From: an uncultured delta proteobacterium
GTDB lineage: Bacteria > Desulfobacterota > Binatia > UBA9968
Assembly: GCA_963745835.1 (NCBI GenBank)
Contig: CAVUZH010000018.1
Location: 192,001 to 256,000 of the forward strand
Length of the DNA: 64,000 bases
Reading direction: 5' to 3'
Part shown: piece by piece, positions 1 through 11,113 of the stretch
Layout of the letters: every line of letters begins with the position of its first letter
Position numbering within the stretch: position 1 is the stretch's first letter
Position numbers and translations under genes: made by a program
Notes under the pieces: generated by a model
Seen by the model: the letters and a program-made list of their open reading frames with translations, nothing else
What the model was told of the DNA's origin: nothing
Database searches by the model: none

Positions 1-589
1 ATCGATCGGATGTCCAATATAGGTGTGATTTCGCGGGAGACCGCCATCAGCTATAGCCTGACCGGTCCGATCTTGCGCGCCAGCGGCGTCAACTATGATG
101 TCCGCAAAACCAATCCCGTATCTGGTTTACGATCAGCTCGATTTTATCGTGCCGCTGGGGACCAAAGGCGACAACTACGATCGCTTCGTCTGCCGCATTC
201 AAGAAATCGAACAGAGCATGAAGATCGTCGAGCAGGCGCTGAAAAGTCTGCCCGTCGGCCCCGTGTGGATTGAAGATCCGCGCTTCGTGCTGCCGGAGAA
301 AGAGAAGGTCTACAACAGCATCGAAGGTTTGATGCACCATTTTAAGATCATCATGGAAGGAATCAAGGTGCCGCCCGGAGAAACTTACTTTGCGGTGGAA
401 GGCGGCAACGGTGAATTGGGCTTTTATCTGGTCAGCGACGGCGCCGGGACGGCCGTATCGCGTGCGAGTGCGCCCGCCCTGTTTCTCGCCATGGGCGCTT
501 TTCATGAGATGATCAAGGGATACATGATAGCCGACATCGTGCCGACTTTCGGCATGGTCAATATGATCGGTGGGGAATGTGACCGGTAG
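1..589 (+). CDS. nuoD: NADH-quinone oxidoreductase subunit D, C-terminal part (runs off window; frameshift near 110, probably a sequencing error)
   Basis: ORFs 10..273 and 95..589 join: TGPILRASGVNYDVRK..PYLVYD..GDNYDR..EGLMHHFK..GELGFY..ADIVPTFG..GECDR*. Confidence 0.93.
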
Positions 590-665
590 AGTCAAAGTAG
601 AATCGTGTCATCGCGATCTTTCGCGGAAAATGGTCAATATGATCGGTGGAGAATGCGACCGGTAG
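554..665 (+). repeat. 36-bp direct duplication of the nuoD 3' end (554-589 and 630-665)
   Basis: ATGGTCAATATGATCGGTGG(G/A)GAATG(T/C)GACCGGTAG; 2 mismatches, both at synonymous third positions. Confidence 0.92.
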
Positions 666-792
666 CAGCTGCTGAAAAAGACTCATATGCTTCGTTGCGC
701 TCGTTCGCCTCGCTTCAACGTCTGAAGCGTACGCCTCAGCTCATCGAAGTTCGCGCGCCTCGCCTCTGAGATCTTTTTGAGCAGCCTGCTAG
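663..792 (+). mobile_element. ~125-bp MITE-like element, copy 1
   Basis: Ends TAGCAGCTGCTGAAAAA ... TTTTTGAGCAGCCTGCTAG (terminal inverted repeats); homologous copies at 49117, 56499 and 59865. Confidence 0.8.
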
Positions 793-846
793 CAGACTTT
801 TTCAGACAGCGCGTTAGGAGTTGTTTTAATAGAGAAGAATAATCGA

Positions 847-1324
847 ATGGCAGTGGAATTTTCTCCGGAAACGCTCGAAAAATTTGAAGAGACGGTGAGC
901 CGCTACCCAAAGAAAGAGGCGGCGATGCTTGCCAGTCTTGTATCTTGCTCAGCAAGAGTTCGGTTACCTGGGTGCCGAGGCGATTGACTACGTTGCCAGG
1001 CTGATGGGCCAATCGCCTGCCCGGGTGCACGGCGTGGTGAGCTTCTATACCATGTACAACATGAAGCCCATCGGCCGGCACCATATTCAGGTGTGCCGCA
1101 CGTTGTCGTGCGCATTAGGCGGCGCGGAGAAAATCACTGAGCTTCATCAAGACGAAAACTTGGCTATCGAACTCGGGCAGACGACTGCTGACGGGCGATT
1201 CACGTTATCGGAAGTGGAATGCCTGGCCTCGTGCGGAACCGCGCCGATGATGCAAATCAACGATGATTATTACGAAAACTTGAATGAAGAAAAGGTGGCC
1301 GAGATCCTCGATTCTTTGAAATAA
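847..1324 (+). CDS. nuoE: NADH-quinone oxidoreductase subunit E (frameshift near 929)
   Basis: ATG 847 MAVEFSPETLEKF..RYPKKEAAML joins ORF 929..1324, which has VCRTLSC and ECLASCGTAP [2Fe-2S] motifs. Confidence 0.93.
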
Positions 1325-1341
1325 TTTCATTCCTGAGAGCT

Positions 1342-2625
1342 ATGGAAAAAATTTTGCTTCGTAACATCGATGCCGCCGATTCGCACACCCTGGCGGCTTA
1401 CCAAGCGCGCGGCGGTTATCGCGCCTGGGAAAAGGTCGTCCGCAGCATGAAGCCGGAGCAGTTGATCGATGAAGTGAAGGCGTCAGGACTCAGAGGCCGG
1501 GGCGGTGCCGGATTTCCCACCGGTATGAAGTGGAGTTTCGTCCCCAAAGACAATCCCAAGCCCAAGTATCTGGTTTGTAACGCCGACGAAAGCGAACCCG
1601 GCACATTCAAGGATCGATTGCTGATCGAGAAAGATCCACACGCGATCATCGAGGGGACGCTGATCGCAGCGTTCGGAATTCAATCGCATACCGCCTTTAT
1701 TTACATCCGCGGCGAAATGGCATTTGGCACTCGGGTGCTGGAACAGGCGGCAGAAGAGGTCAAGCGCGCTGGCTTCATCGGCAAGAATATTTTCGGCTCG
1801 GGCTATGACGTGGATTTGATTGTTCATCGTGGCGCAGGCGCTTATATCTGTGGCGAAGAAACCGCTATGCTTTCGTCGCTCGAAGGCGGGCGCGGCTGGC
1901 CCAAGGTTAAACCGCCGTTCCCGGCAACCCATGGCCTGTTTGGCTGTCCGACCGTGGTCAATAACGTCGAGACCCTGGCGGCGCTGCCGTGGATCATCGA
2001 TCGGGGTGCGGCGGCTTATGCGGCGATGGGCACAGAGAAGAGCAAAGGCACGAAACTCTTTAGCGTCAGCGGGCACATCAGCAAGCCGGGCGTTTACGAA
2101 GTCGAGATGGGATATCCGTTCAAGAAGTTTCTCGAAGAGGATTGCGGCGGCGTGCCCAACGGTAGAAAACTCAAGGGGGTGATTCCCGGCGGCGGTTCGA
2201 TGCCGGTTTTGCGGCCGGAAGAAATCGAAAACGTGAATCTCGACTATGAGTCGGTTCAGGCGGCAGGCAGTTTGCTCGGCTCCGGCGGCGTCATCGTCAT
2301 GGACGACTCCACTTGCATGGTCCGCGCGGCGTGGAACATTGCGCGTTTTTTCGCGCATGAATCGTGCGGGCAATGCAGTCCCTGCCGCGAGGGTTGCCAC
2401 TGGATGGAGAAAATTTTCCATCGCATCGAGCAGGGAGATGGCGACAAAGAGCGATATGGATCTCATTCTCAACGTCAGCGGCAACATTATGGGTAATACG
2501 ATCTGTCCGTTTGGCGATGCCGCCGCCATGCCGGCCGCAGCCTTTATAAAAAAATATCGGGATGAATTTGAGCAGCACATTGTCGACAGAGGCTGCACCG
2601 TAAGAAACGTTCAAGGAAGCATTGG
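1342..2625 (+). CDS. nuoF: NADH-quinone oxidoreductase subunit F (frameshift near 2445; exact stop uncertain)
   Basis: GLRGRGGAGFPTG, CNADESEPGTFKDR, YICGEETA, SCGQCSPCREG; the C-terminus (GNTICPFGDAAA) continues in the frame of ORF 2246..3766. Confidence 0.93.
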
Positions 2626-2650
2626 AAGTGTTAGTGTCAGCTCCAATGCT
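2618..2650. repeat. Short inverted repeat between nuoF and nuoG
   Basis: AGCATTGGA ... TCCAATGCT. Confidence 0.6.
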
Positions 2651-2680
2651 CCACCAAGCTTAAGGCGAAGTTTATCTTTT

Positions 2681-4271
2681 ATGGATCCAGTAAAACTTAT
2701 TATCGACGGCCAAGAGGTCAGCACCGTCAAAGGCAAGACCGTCATTCAGGCGGCGGCCGAGGTGGGGATCGCGATTCCGCATTACTGCTATCATCCCAAG
2801 CTTTCGATCGCCGGCAATTGCCGCATGTGCTTGATCGAAATCGAGAAGATGCCCAAGCTGCAGATCGCCTGCAACACCCAGGTGGCCGAGGGCATGACGG
2901 TGTTGACCCAGAGTCCCAAGGTGTTATCGGTGCGCAAGGCGGTGATGGAATTTCTTCTGATCAATCATCCGGTCGATTGCCCGATTTGCGATCAGGCGGG
3001 TGAGTGCTGGCTGCAGGACTATTACATGAAGCATGACCTGCAGGACAGCCGTTTCAGGAGCGAAAAGAGCATGACCGCAAGCGCGAGATTTTCGGTCCCA
3101 ACGTCGTTTTCGACGGCGAGCGCTGCATCAAGTGCACGCGCTGCGTGCGCTTTCTTGAGGAAATCACTCATACCGGGTGAACTGACCGTCGATAATCGCA
3201 GCGATCATTCGACGATCGCGCTATTTCCCGGCGCGGTTCTCGACAACCCACTGTCGGCCAATGTCGTCGATATCTGTCCCGTCGGCGCGCTGACCGATCG
3301 CGATTTCCGTTTCAAGGTCCGGGTCTGGTATCTGGAAAAAACACCGTCCATTTGTCCCGGTTGCAGCACCGGTTGCAATATCAGCGTTGAAGCCTATCAG
3401 AACCGCATCGCTCGTTTTAAGCCACGGGTTAATGAAGCGGTGAACAGCCACTGGCTGTGCGATGAGGGCCGATACTGTTTCTACGATTTGACCGGCGGTG
3501 AGCGTTTGACTACACCCATGATTCGCCAGGAGGGCGGGCTTGTTCCGACTACCTGGGAGATAGCCCTGCGCGCGGTGGTCAGCGGCCTGCGCTCGGCGGG
3601 TTCGCTGGCGGGAATACTCTCCGGCAGAAACACCAATGAAGAAGCCTTTTTATTCGCCAAGCTGATGAAGAAGCTTTCACCCGCTGCCGGATCTGGAAGT
3701 GTTCTATCAAGAGCGCGAGCTGACCGAAGTGGAAAAGATCCTTATGAGCCCGGATCGTTCGCCTAATTTCCGCGGCGCCGCCGAGATGGGCGTCAGCTCC
3801 AATGGCGGCTTCGAACCTTTGATGCAGAAGCTGGTCGCGGGAAATTATGGCGGCGCCTACGTAGTCGGCGAAGATCTAACGGCCGCAAACGACAATCAAT
3901 CGGAGCTGCGCGCCGCCTTGGGCAAATTATCTTTTCTGGTGGTGCAGGATATCCGCCTTACGGAAACCGCCAAGGCCGCCCATGTGGTTTTGCCTTCAAC
4001 CCACTTCGGTGAAAAAGAAGGAACTTACACCAATCGGAAAGGGCGCGTGCAAAAGCTTAACGCCGCGCTGGTCGCGCCGGAAGGCGCGCTGCAAGATTGC
4101 GAAATCTTCATCCGCTTGCTGGAGTCGGCCGGTGAGAGAGCATCTTACTCGACAGCAGAAGAGATCTTTCAGGCCTTGTCACAGGAAATTCCCTCCTATC
4201 GAGGACTCAATTACGATGTCATCGGCGATCAGGGGATTCAGTTGGGGAGTGGTGGTGCGGACCCGTCATGA
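2681..4271 (+). CDS. nuoG: NADH-quinone oxidoreductase subunit G, short type (~530 aa; several frameshifts)
   Basis: MDPVKLIIDG, YCYHPKLSIAGNCRMC, NHPVDCPICDQAGEC, CPVGAL, CPGCSTGC..WLCDEGR; the C-terminal EKEGTYTN is in ORF 3699..4271. Confidence 0.9.
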
Positions 4272-5407
4272 TCGTTGATATCGGCATCGTCGCGATCAAA
4301 GCCTTCCTGGTGCTTTTCATGGTGCTCAATCTGGCCGGAGTGCTCGGTTGGGTCGAGCGCAAGGGCAGCGCGCTTATCCAAGATCGCATCGGCGCTAATC
4401 GGGCGTCGATATTCGGCTTTGCCGGAATGGGGCTTATCAATACGCTTGTTGCCGATCCACTAAAATTTCTAACCAAAGAAGACTTTATTCCGCCGGCTGG
4501 CGACAGGTTCCTGCATACCCTTGCGCCTTGCCTAGCTTTATTTCCTGCTCTAGTAACTTTTGCGGTCATTCCCTTCGGCGACGTTCTTCAGATTGGCGAG
4601 CGCGTGATCAATCTTCAGGTTGCCAATCTCAACGTCGGCATCCTTTATATTTTCGCCATGACCTCTTTGGGCGTTTACGGCCTCGTGATCGGCGCCTGGG
4701 CATCGAACAACAAATTTTCTCTCTTGGGCGGCGTGCGCGGTTCGGCGCAAATGATTTCCTACGAAGTGGCGCTGGGTCTTTCGGTGATCGGTATTCTTAT
4801 GGTTTACGGGACCCTGGACCTTCAGGAGATCGCACGCGGCCAAGGCACTCTGATCAGAGATTTGCTGCCGGATTCGTGGGGGTTTCTAAAAGTCGCTGTG
4901 GGTTGGCTGCCGGCCTGGGGGATCTTCCTGCAGCCGCTGGCGTTCTTACTGTTCTTTACCGCCGCTATTGCTGAAACCAGGCGGATACCGTTCGATTTAC
5001 CCGAAGCGGAGTCCGAATTAGTGGCCGGCTCTCACGTTGAATATTCCGGCGGCAAGTTCCTGATGTTCTTTGCCGCTGAATTTGCGGAGATCGTCACCGT
5101 TGCCGCATTGGTAACGACGCTCTTCTTCGGCGGCTGGCAGGTGCCCTACCTGATGCGCGATGGTTTTCATTTTCCCTGGGGCGGTACCCTACTTCTGCCC
5201 CATTTGGCGGTTGTCCTGCTGCAGGTCGGCGCGTTTACATTCAAAGTGATCCTTTTCTGCTGGCTGCAGATTCTGCTGCGTTGGAGCGTTCCTAGATTTC
5301 GTTACGACCAGGTGATGCGGTTGGGCTGGAAGATGCTCTTGCCGGCGGCGCTGGTGAACGTGATGATCACCGCATTTGTGATTCTATTCATGCAACGCAT
5401 CCCGTAA
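4268..5407 (+). CDS. nuoH: NADH-quinone oxidoreductase subunit H
   Basis: ERK..IQDRIGANR, ADPLKFLTKED, AQMISYE, PFDLPEAESELVAG, PRFRYDQ. Confidence 0.97.
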   Translation: MIVDIGIVAIKAFLVLFMVLNLAGVLGWVERKGSALIQDRIGANRASIFGFAGMGLINTLVADPLKFLTKEDFIPPAGDRFLHTLAPCLALFPALVTFAVIPFGDVLQIGERVINLQVANLNVGILYIFAMTSLGVYGLVIGAWASNNKFSLLGGVRGSAQMISYEVALGLSVIGILMVYGTLDLQEIARGQGTLIRDLLPDSWGFLKVAVGWLPAWGIFLQPLAFLLFFTAAIAETRRIPFDLPEAESELVAGSHVEYSGGKFLMFFAAEFAEIVTVAALVTTLFFGGWQVPYLMRDGFHFPWGGTLLLPHLAVVLLQVGAFTFKVILFCWLQILLRWSVPRFRYDQVMRLGWKMLLPAALVNVMITAFVILFMQRIP

Positions 5408-5411
5408 GGCT

Positions 5412-5906
5412 ATGAGTGGTTCACATATCATTTTTTTCATCGTTGCGGGTTTGCTGATCGTATCATCGGTGTTGGTGGTATTTCAGCGCAACGTGGTTCA
5501 TAGCGCGGTGGCGCTGGTGGCAGCGTTGTTCCTGATTGCTGTTTTGTTCCTGAGCCTGCACGCGCCGATGGTGGGCGTGTTGCAGATCCTGGTCTATGCC
5601 GGCGCCATCATGGTGCTCTTTCTCTTCGTAATAATGCTTTTGAATCCTGTCGGGCTGGAACAGCGCCGCAATCTTTGGTGGGTTGCCGGCAGCGTTTCAG
5701 GCTTGCTTCTGGTCGCGGCATTGGCTCCGATGCTGTTCAATCTCGAGCCCGCCCAGGATCCAATGGTCACCACCGAGCTTTTTGGCAGCCCGGAAGAACT
5801 GGCCAGGAGCCTCTTTACCGACTTTGTTCTTCCGTTTGAAATCGCCTCGGTCTTGCTGCTGGTGGCAATCATTGGCGCCGTGGTTCTGGCGAATAAGGAG
5901 CCGTAA
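5412..5906 (+). CDS. nuoJ: NADH-quinone oxidoreductase subunit J
   Basis: QILVYAGAIMVLFLFVIMLL, PFEIASVLLLVAIIGAVVLA. Confidence 0.97.
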   Translation: MSGSHIIFFIVAGLLIVSSVLVVFQRNVVHSAVALVAALFLIAVLFLSLHAPMVGVLQILVYAGAIMVLFLFVIMLLNPVGLEQRRNLWWVAGSVSGLLLVAALAPMLFNLEPAQDPMVTTELFGSPEELARSLFTDFVLPFEIASVLLLVAIIGAVVLANKEP

Positions 5907-5912
5907 GCGTCC

Positions 5913-6215
5913 ATGGTGCCGCTGGATTACTATCTGGTTCTGAGCGCGATCATATTCGCCATCGGCGTTGTCGGCGTTCTCATCCGCCGCAACCTGATTG
6001 TTGTGTTGATGTCGATCGAGCTTATGCTCAACGCGGTAAATCTCACGTTTGTCGCTTTTTCCAACTCGCTGGGTTCCATGGACGGACAGGTGATTGTTTT
6101 TTTTGTCATGGCCGTGGCTGCCGCCGAAGCAGTAGTGGGACTGGCCATCATTATTTCGGTGTTTCGCCATCGCCAATCGCTCGACCCCCAGGAGATGCAG
6201 CTTCTTAAATGGTAG
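5913..6215 (+). CDS. nuoK: NADH-quinone oxidoreductase subunit K
   Basis: [32 protein letters not shown]. Confidence 0.98.
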   Translation: MVPLDYYLVLSAIIFAIGVVGVLIRRNLIVVLMSIELMLNAVNLTFVAFSNSLGSMDGQVIVFFVMAVAAAEAVVGLAIIISVFRHRQSLDPQEMQLLKW

Positions 6216-8134
6216 CCTCGACCGCCACTGTTGCCGCTTTGGATGTGCTGCGCTGGATTCCGTTGATCCCGCTGAGCGCCGGCCTGCTCAATGTCTTTTT
6301 CGGGCGAAGGCTGGGCAGCAAGACAGCCGGCGGTATCGCTACAGCTGCGGTCGGCGTTTCTTTCGGCCTGGCGCTTTATGTCTTTTGGCGGCTCCCAGCC
6401 ACAGGTATTTTCCGCGATCTTTGGTACACCTGGATCGAATCAGGTTCCTTCCAGGTCAATATCGCCTTTCAAGTCGACGCCCTGTCCGCAGTAATGCTTC
6501 TAATCGTCACCGGCGTCGGTTTCCTTATTCATATCTATTCCCTGGGTTACATGGCCCATGACGACGGCGTGGCGCGCTTTTTCATTTATTTAAACCTGTT
6601 CATTTTTTTCATGTTGCTGTTGGTGATGGCTGACAATCTGCTTCTGCTGTTTGTCGGTTGGGAAGGCGTGGGTCTGTGCTCCTATCTGCTGATCGGTTTT
6701 TGGTACCAAGATCCGAAAAACGTTATAGCCGGCAATAAAGCGTTCATCGTTAATCGCATCGGCGATTTCGGTTTCATATTGGGCATTTTTCTCCTGGTCA
6801 CGGAATTAGGCAGGCAGGGGATTTGGACTCTCGATTTTACCGAGCTGCAAAAGCATGTTCAGATGATTACGCCGGCGAAGATCACTCTGATCACTCTGCT
6901 TCTGTCCGTCGGAGCAGCCGGCAAATCGGCGCAGATCCCACTATTTGTTTGGTTACCCGATGCCATGGCCGGCCCGACTCCGGTTAGCGCGCTGATCCAT
7001 GCGGCGACCATGGTAACCGCCGGGGTCTATATGGTCGCTCGCCTGCACTTCTTGTTTATCATGGCGCCGTATACCCTGCCGATCATTGCGGTGGTTGGCG
7101 CAGCCACCGCCTTCTTCGCCGCAACCGTGGCGCTCGCTCAAAATGACATCAAAAAAGTTCTCGCCTATTCCACGGTCAGTCAACTCGGTTATATGTTTTT
7201 GGCGGTGGGCATAGGCGCATTTAGCGCGGCAATTTTCCATTTGTTCACCCACGCCTTCTTCAAAGCCTGTCTGTTTTTAGGTTCCGGCAGTGTGATTCAT
7301 GCGCTGCACGGTGAACAAGACATGCGCAAGATGGGCGGTTTGAAAAGCGCCTTGCCGCAAACTTACTGGACCTATCTGATCGCGACCCTGGCGATTGCGG
7401 GGATACCGTTTACGGCCGGTTTTTTTTCCAAGGACCTGATTCTCTGGAAGGCATTCGAAGATGAATCGTACGGTTTATGGTCCATCGGCATCATCACTGC
7501 CGGCTTGACCGCTTTCTATATGTTCCGGCAACTGTTCATGGTTTTCCATGGCAGTTTAAGAGCCGACGATCATACCAAAGCGCATCTTCATGAATCGCCG
7601 CCGCTCATGACCGTGCCTCTGGTGATCCTCGCCGTGGGCTCGATCTTCAGCGGCTGGTTGGGCGCGCCGGAATATTTATGGGGCAGCGTCTGGGATCAAT
7701 GGCTGCAACCGGTTTTCGGCGGCAGCCATTCGGCGGAGCATGCCCCGGTTACCACGGAACTCCTGGTTACGGCGATAACCCTAGCGGTCGTTGCGCTCGG
7801 CATCTATCTGGCGTACGCCAGGTACGGCCGCGCCGAAGCAGCCGTGCCCGCTACTGCGGATGGCACAGGGCTCTACCGGCTGCTGCTCGACAGTTACCAC
7901 ATCGATGACGCTTATGATCGGCTGGTTGTGCGGCCGTTTACAGCCGCTTCGGATTGGGCGGCTCGAGTTTTTGATCCTGGCGTGATCGATGGCTTGGTCA
8001 ACGGCGTGGCGAAATTGATAAGAGGCTTTAGCCTTATCTGGCGTGAATCTCAGACCGGCAATATCCAGCACTATCTAATCGGCTTTCTCGCTGGAACTTT
8101 GGCCCTACTTTTTTATTATCTACGACAGCAATAG
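6209..8134 (+). CDS. nuoL: NADH-quinone oxidoreductase subunit L
   Basis: [53 protein letters not shown]. Confidence 0.98.
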   Translation: MVASTATVAALDVLRWIPLIPLSAGLLNVFFGRRLGSKTAGGIATAAVGVSFGLALYVFWRLPATGIFRDLWYTWIESGSFQVNIAFQVDALSAVMLLIVTGVGFLIHIYSLGYMAHDDGVARFFIYLNLFIFFMLLLVMADNLLLLFVGWEGVGLCSYLLIGFWYQDPKNVIAGNKAFIVNRIGDFGFILGIFLLVTELGRQGIWTLDFTELQKHVQMITPAKITLITLLLSVGAAGKSAQIPLFVWLPDAMAGPTPVSALIHAATMVTAGVYMVARLHFLFIMAPYTLPIIAVVGAATAFFAATVALAQNDIKKVLAYSTVSQLGYMFLAVGIGAFSAAIFHLFTHAFFKACLFLGSGSVIHALHGEQDMRKMGGLKSALPQTYWTYLIATLAIAGIPFTAGFFSKDLILWKAFEDESYGLWSIGIITAGLTAFYMFRQLFMVFHGSLRADDHTKAHLHESPPLMTVPLVILAVGSIFSGWLGAPEYLWGSVWDQWLQPVFGGSHSAEHAPVTTELLVTAITLAVVALGIYLAYARYGRAEAAVPATADGTGLYRLLLDSYHIDDAYDRLVVRPFTAASDWAARVFDPGVIDGLVNGVAKLIRGFSLIWRESQTGNIQHYLIGFLAGTLALLFYYLRQQ

Positions 8135-8136
8135 TT

Positions 8137-9684
8137 ATGTTTCGATTGCCGGGCGATATTAGTCTACTCCTCCTACTGCCTCTGATGGGCGCCTTGGTGC
8201 TACTGCTGGTTCCGCGGCAGCAGCGGCAAACGCTGTTAACTCTAGCTCTGCTTGCGAGCATCGCCGCCTTTGTCTGGTCGTTGCGCCTGTTTCAGGCTTT
8301 CGACCCCGGCGCGGGCGAAATGCAGTTCGTCGAAAGAATCCCCTGGATGCCGGCCTTCGGCATCGGCTATATCGTCGGCATCGACGGCATCAGTCTGTTT
8401 CTAGTTTTGCTGACGACGTTTCTCATGCCCTTGGCGATTGTCGCCTCCTGGACGGTGCAGGACAGAATCAAGGAGTATCTTTTCTTCATGCTGGTCTTGG
8501 AAACCGGCATGCTCGGCGCATTCGTAGCGCTCGATCTTTTTCTTTTTTACGTATTTTGGGAAGTGATGCTGGTGCCGATGTACTTTCTCATCGGCGTATG
8601 GGGCGGCACCCGGCGGATTTACGCCGCGCTGAAGTTTGTCGTTTACACCATGGCCGGCAGCTTGCCCATGCTGGTGGCGATTATTTATCTGGCCAGCCGT
8701 TATGCTCATGTGAATCAGGTCATGACTTTCGACTTGTTGCAGCTCTACAATTTGCGCTTGCCTGTCAACGAGCAAATCTGGCTCTTCCTGGCCTTTGGTT
8801 TGTCCTTCGCCATCAAAGTGCCGCTCTTTCCGTTTCACACCTGGTTGCCCGATGCTCACGTCGAGGCGCCCACGGCCGGGTCGGTGATCCTCGCGGGGGT
8901 CCTGCTGAAGATGGGCACCTACGGGTTTTTGCGTTTTGCGATGCCGTTATTCCCCGACGCGGCGCTGATCCTGACCCCGATGATCATCGCGCTGGCGGTA
9001 ATCGGCATCATCTACGGCGCCGGCGTGGCGATGATGCAACCGGATTTGAAGAAACTAGTGGCTTACTCTTCGGTCAGCCACCTGGGTTTTGTCATGTTGG
9101 GGCTGTTCGCTCTCAATATCCAAGGCATTCAGGGCGGGATCTATCAGATGGTCAGTCACGGCCTCTCCACCGGAGCGTTGTTTCTTTTGGTCGGCATGCT
9201 CTACGATCGGCGTCATACGCGCATGATCGCCGACTTCGGCGGGTTGTGGCACCAACTGCCGGTATTTTCCGTGTTATTTCTGATTGTCACATTCGCATCC
9301 ATCGGCTTACCCGGGTTGAACGGCTTCATCGGCGAATTTTTAATCCTACTGGGAGCTTTTAGCGTCAAACCGGGATGGACCGCCGCTGCGGCGAGCGGCG
9401 TCATTCTCGGCGCCATCTATATGCTCTGGATGTTTCGGCGGGTGTTTTTCGGACCGATGACCCATCCTGAAAACCAGAAGCTTAGCGATCTGAATCGCCG
9501 TGAGCTGCTCATTCTCGCTCCGGTTATCGCGCTGATCATCATCATGGGAATTTATCCGCAACCTTTTCTGAGCCGGATGAAGCCTTCTGTCGATGTTACC
9601 TTGCAAAGAATCCTTGGCTCGCAAACTGCGCCTGTCGCTACCAATCATGCAACCAGCGGAGAGATAAGCAGCGATGGACGTTAA
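8137..9684 (+). CDS. nuoM: NADH-quinone oxidoreductase subunit M
   Basis: FYVFWEVMLVPMYFLIG, KVPLFPFHTWLPDAHVEAPTAGS. Confidence 0.98.
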   Translation: MFRLPGDISLLLLLPLMGALVLLLVPRQQRQTLLTLALLASIAAFVWSLRLFQAFDPGAGEMQFVERIPWMPAFGIGYIVGIDGISLFLVLLTTFLMPLAIVASWTVQDRIKEYLFFMLVLETGMLGAFVALDLFLFYVFWEVMLVPMYFLIGVWGGTRRIYAALKFVVYTMAGSLPMLVAIIYLASRYAHVNQVMTFDLLQLYNLRLPVNEQIWLFLAFGLSFAIKVPLFPFHTWLPDAHVEAPTAGSVILAGVLLKMGTYGFLRFAMPLFPDAALILTPMIIALAVIGIIYGAGVAMMQPDLKKLVAYSSVSHLGFVMLGLFALNIQGIQGGIYQMVSHGLSTGALFLLVGMLYDRRHTRMIADFGGLWHQLPVFSVLFLIVTFASIGLPGLNGFIGEFLILLGAFSVKPGWTAAAASGVILGAIYMLWMFRRVFFGPMTHPENQKLSDLNRRELLILAPVIALIIIMGIYPQPFLSRMKPSVDVTLQRILGSQTAPVATNHATSGEISSDGR

Positions 9685-11113
9685 TCTCGTACCGCTTTTG
9701 CCGGCAGCGCAAGTCTTGCTGGCAGCTTTGGTGGTCATGCTGCTTGACCTATTTTTCGCCGAGCACGAAAAGCCGCTTCTAGCCTGGATCAGTATTTTCG
9801 GCTTGGCGCTGTGCGCGGTAGACGCCGTGCTGCTCTGGGGCAGCCGCGAAGGAGCATTCGCAGACACATTTCTCTTGGACAACTTCAGCTTGTTTTTTAC
9901 CCAACTATTTGTCGGCGCCGCGATTTTGACGGTTCTCTCCTCGGTTCGATACGTCAGGGAGGCCGGCATTCACGAAGGCGAATATTACTCGCTGATTCTG
10001 TTTGCTACCGCCGGTATGATCGTCATGGCGGCGGCCAATGATCTGATCGTTTTCTTTCTGGGCCTGGAAACCATGTCGGTTGCGGTGTACGTGCTGACCG
10101 GGATCTGGCGCAGCAGCGCTCGTTCAAGCGAAGCAGCCATGAAGTATTTTCTGATGGGCTCCTTCGCTACCGGCTTTTTGCTTTATGGCATTGCCTTGAT
10201 CTATGGCGCCACCGGAACGACCAATCTGACCGAAATTGCCGCCTATCTATTGGAGCCGCAAGAACAGTGGCCGCGATATCTTTCGGTGGGCGGTTTGCTG
10301 CTTCTGGTCGGTTTCGCGTTCAAAGTGGGCGCGGTGCCGTTTCATTTCTGGATACCCGATGTCTACGAGGGAGCGCCCACCCCGGTAACCGGCTTTATGT
10401 CGGTGGCCGTGAAAGCGGCGGCGTTTGCCGCCTGGGCGCGCATTCTGATGCACCAGCTATCACCCTTGGACAGCGACTGGGCTTATGCTGTGCGCGTGCT
10501 TGCCATTGCGACGATGACTCTCGGCAATCTATTGGCGATCTCGCAATCGAGCGTCAAGCGCATGCTGGCTTATTCCAGCATCGCCCACGCGGGTTATATA
10601 CTGATCGGCATTGTCGCCGGTGAGGAGTGGGGTAGCACATCCGTTTTATTTTATCTCGCCACTTATGTGCCGGTGACTTTTGGCGCGTTTGCCGTGATCA
10701 CGGCATTGACTGAAAGGGACCGACCCAAGGAAGAGTACGGACACTTTGCTGGTTTAGGTTTTAAGCGGCCGTTCTTAGCAATGGCGATGACCTTCTTCAT
10801 GCTCTCGCTGGCGGGCTTTCCGCCGCTCGCGGGATTCACCGGCAAGTTTCACATTTTTCGTTCAGCCATCGCCGCCGGCTACACGGATCTTGCGATTATC
10901 GGTGTGCTCAACAGTTTGCTGTCGCTGATCTATTATTTGCGGGTTATCGTGATGATGTACATGAGCGAGGGCGGGGTGCAGGGAAAATCTCTCGCCGAGT
11001 CTCCCTCTCTCTATGTCGCGGTCGTGCTGGCGACAGTAGCAACGATCTATCTCGGGATTCTACCGACGCGGGCTGTGGAATGGAGCCGAATCGCATATTC
11101 CACGCTGTTCTAA
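9674..11113 (+). CDS. nuoN: NADH-quinone oxidoreductase subunit N
   Basis: EAAMKYF, FKVGAVPFHFWIPDVYEGAPTP, KRMLAYSSIAHAGY. Confidence 0.98.
   Translation: MDVNLVPLLPAAQVLLAALVVMLLDLFFAEHEKPLLAWISIFGLALCAVDAVLLWGSREGAFADTFLLDNFSLFFTQLFVGAAILTVLSSVRYVREAGIHEGEYYSLILFATAGMIVMAAANDLIVFFLGLETMSVAVYVLTGIWRSSARSSEAAMKYFLMGSFATGFLLYGIALIYGATGTTNLTEIAAYLLEPQEQWPRYLSVGGLLLLVGFAFKVGAVPFHFWIPDVYEGAPTPVTGFMSVAVKAAAFAAWARILMHQLSPLDSDWAYAVRVLAIATMTLGNLLAISQSSVKRMLAYSSIAHAGYILIGIVAGEEWGSTSVLFYLATYVPVTFGAFAVITALTERDRPKEEYGHFAGLGFKRPFLAMAMTFFMLSLAGFPPLAGFTGKFHIFRSAIAAGYTDLAIIGVLNSLLSLIYYLRVIVMMYMSEGGVQGKSLAESPSLYVAVVLATVATIYLGILPTRAVEWSRIAYSTLF

Noticed and set aside
1483-2598. Long antisense or alternative-frame ORFs (e.g. 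1483..2598, 8556..9362, 48142..48915, 57649..58515)
   Set aside because: Shadow ORFs of well-supported genes, expected in GC-rich DNA.
1-4271. Pseudogenisation of nuoDEFG
   Set aside because: Only single-base indels with conserved motifs and no evident in-frame decay; best explained as sequence error.
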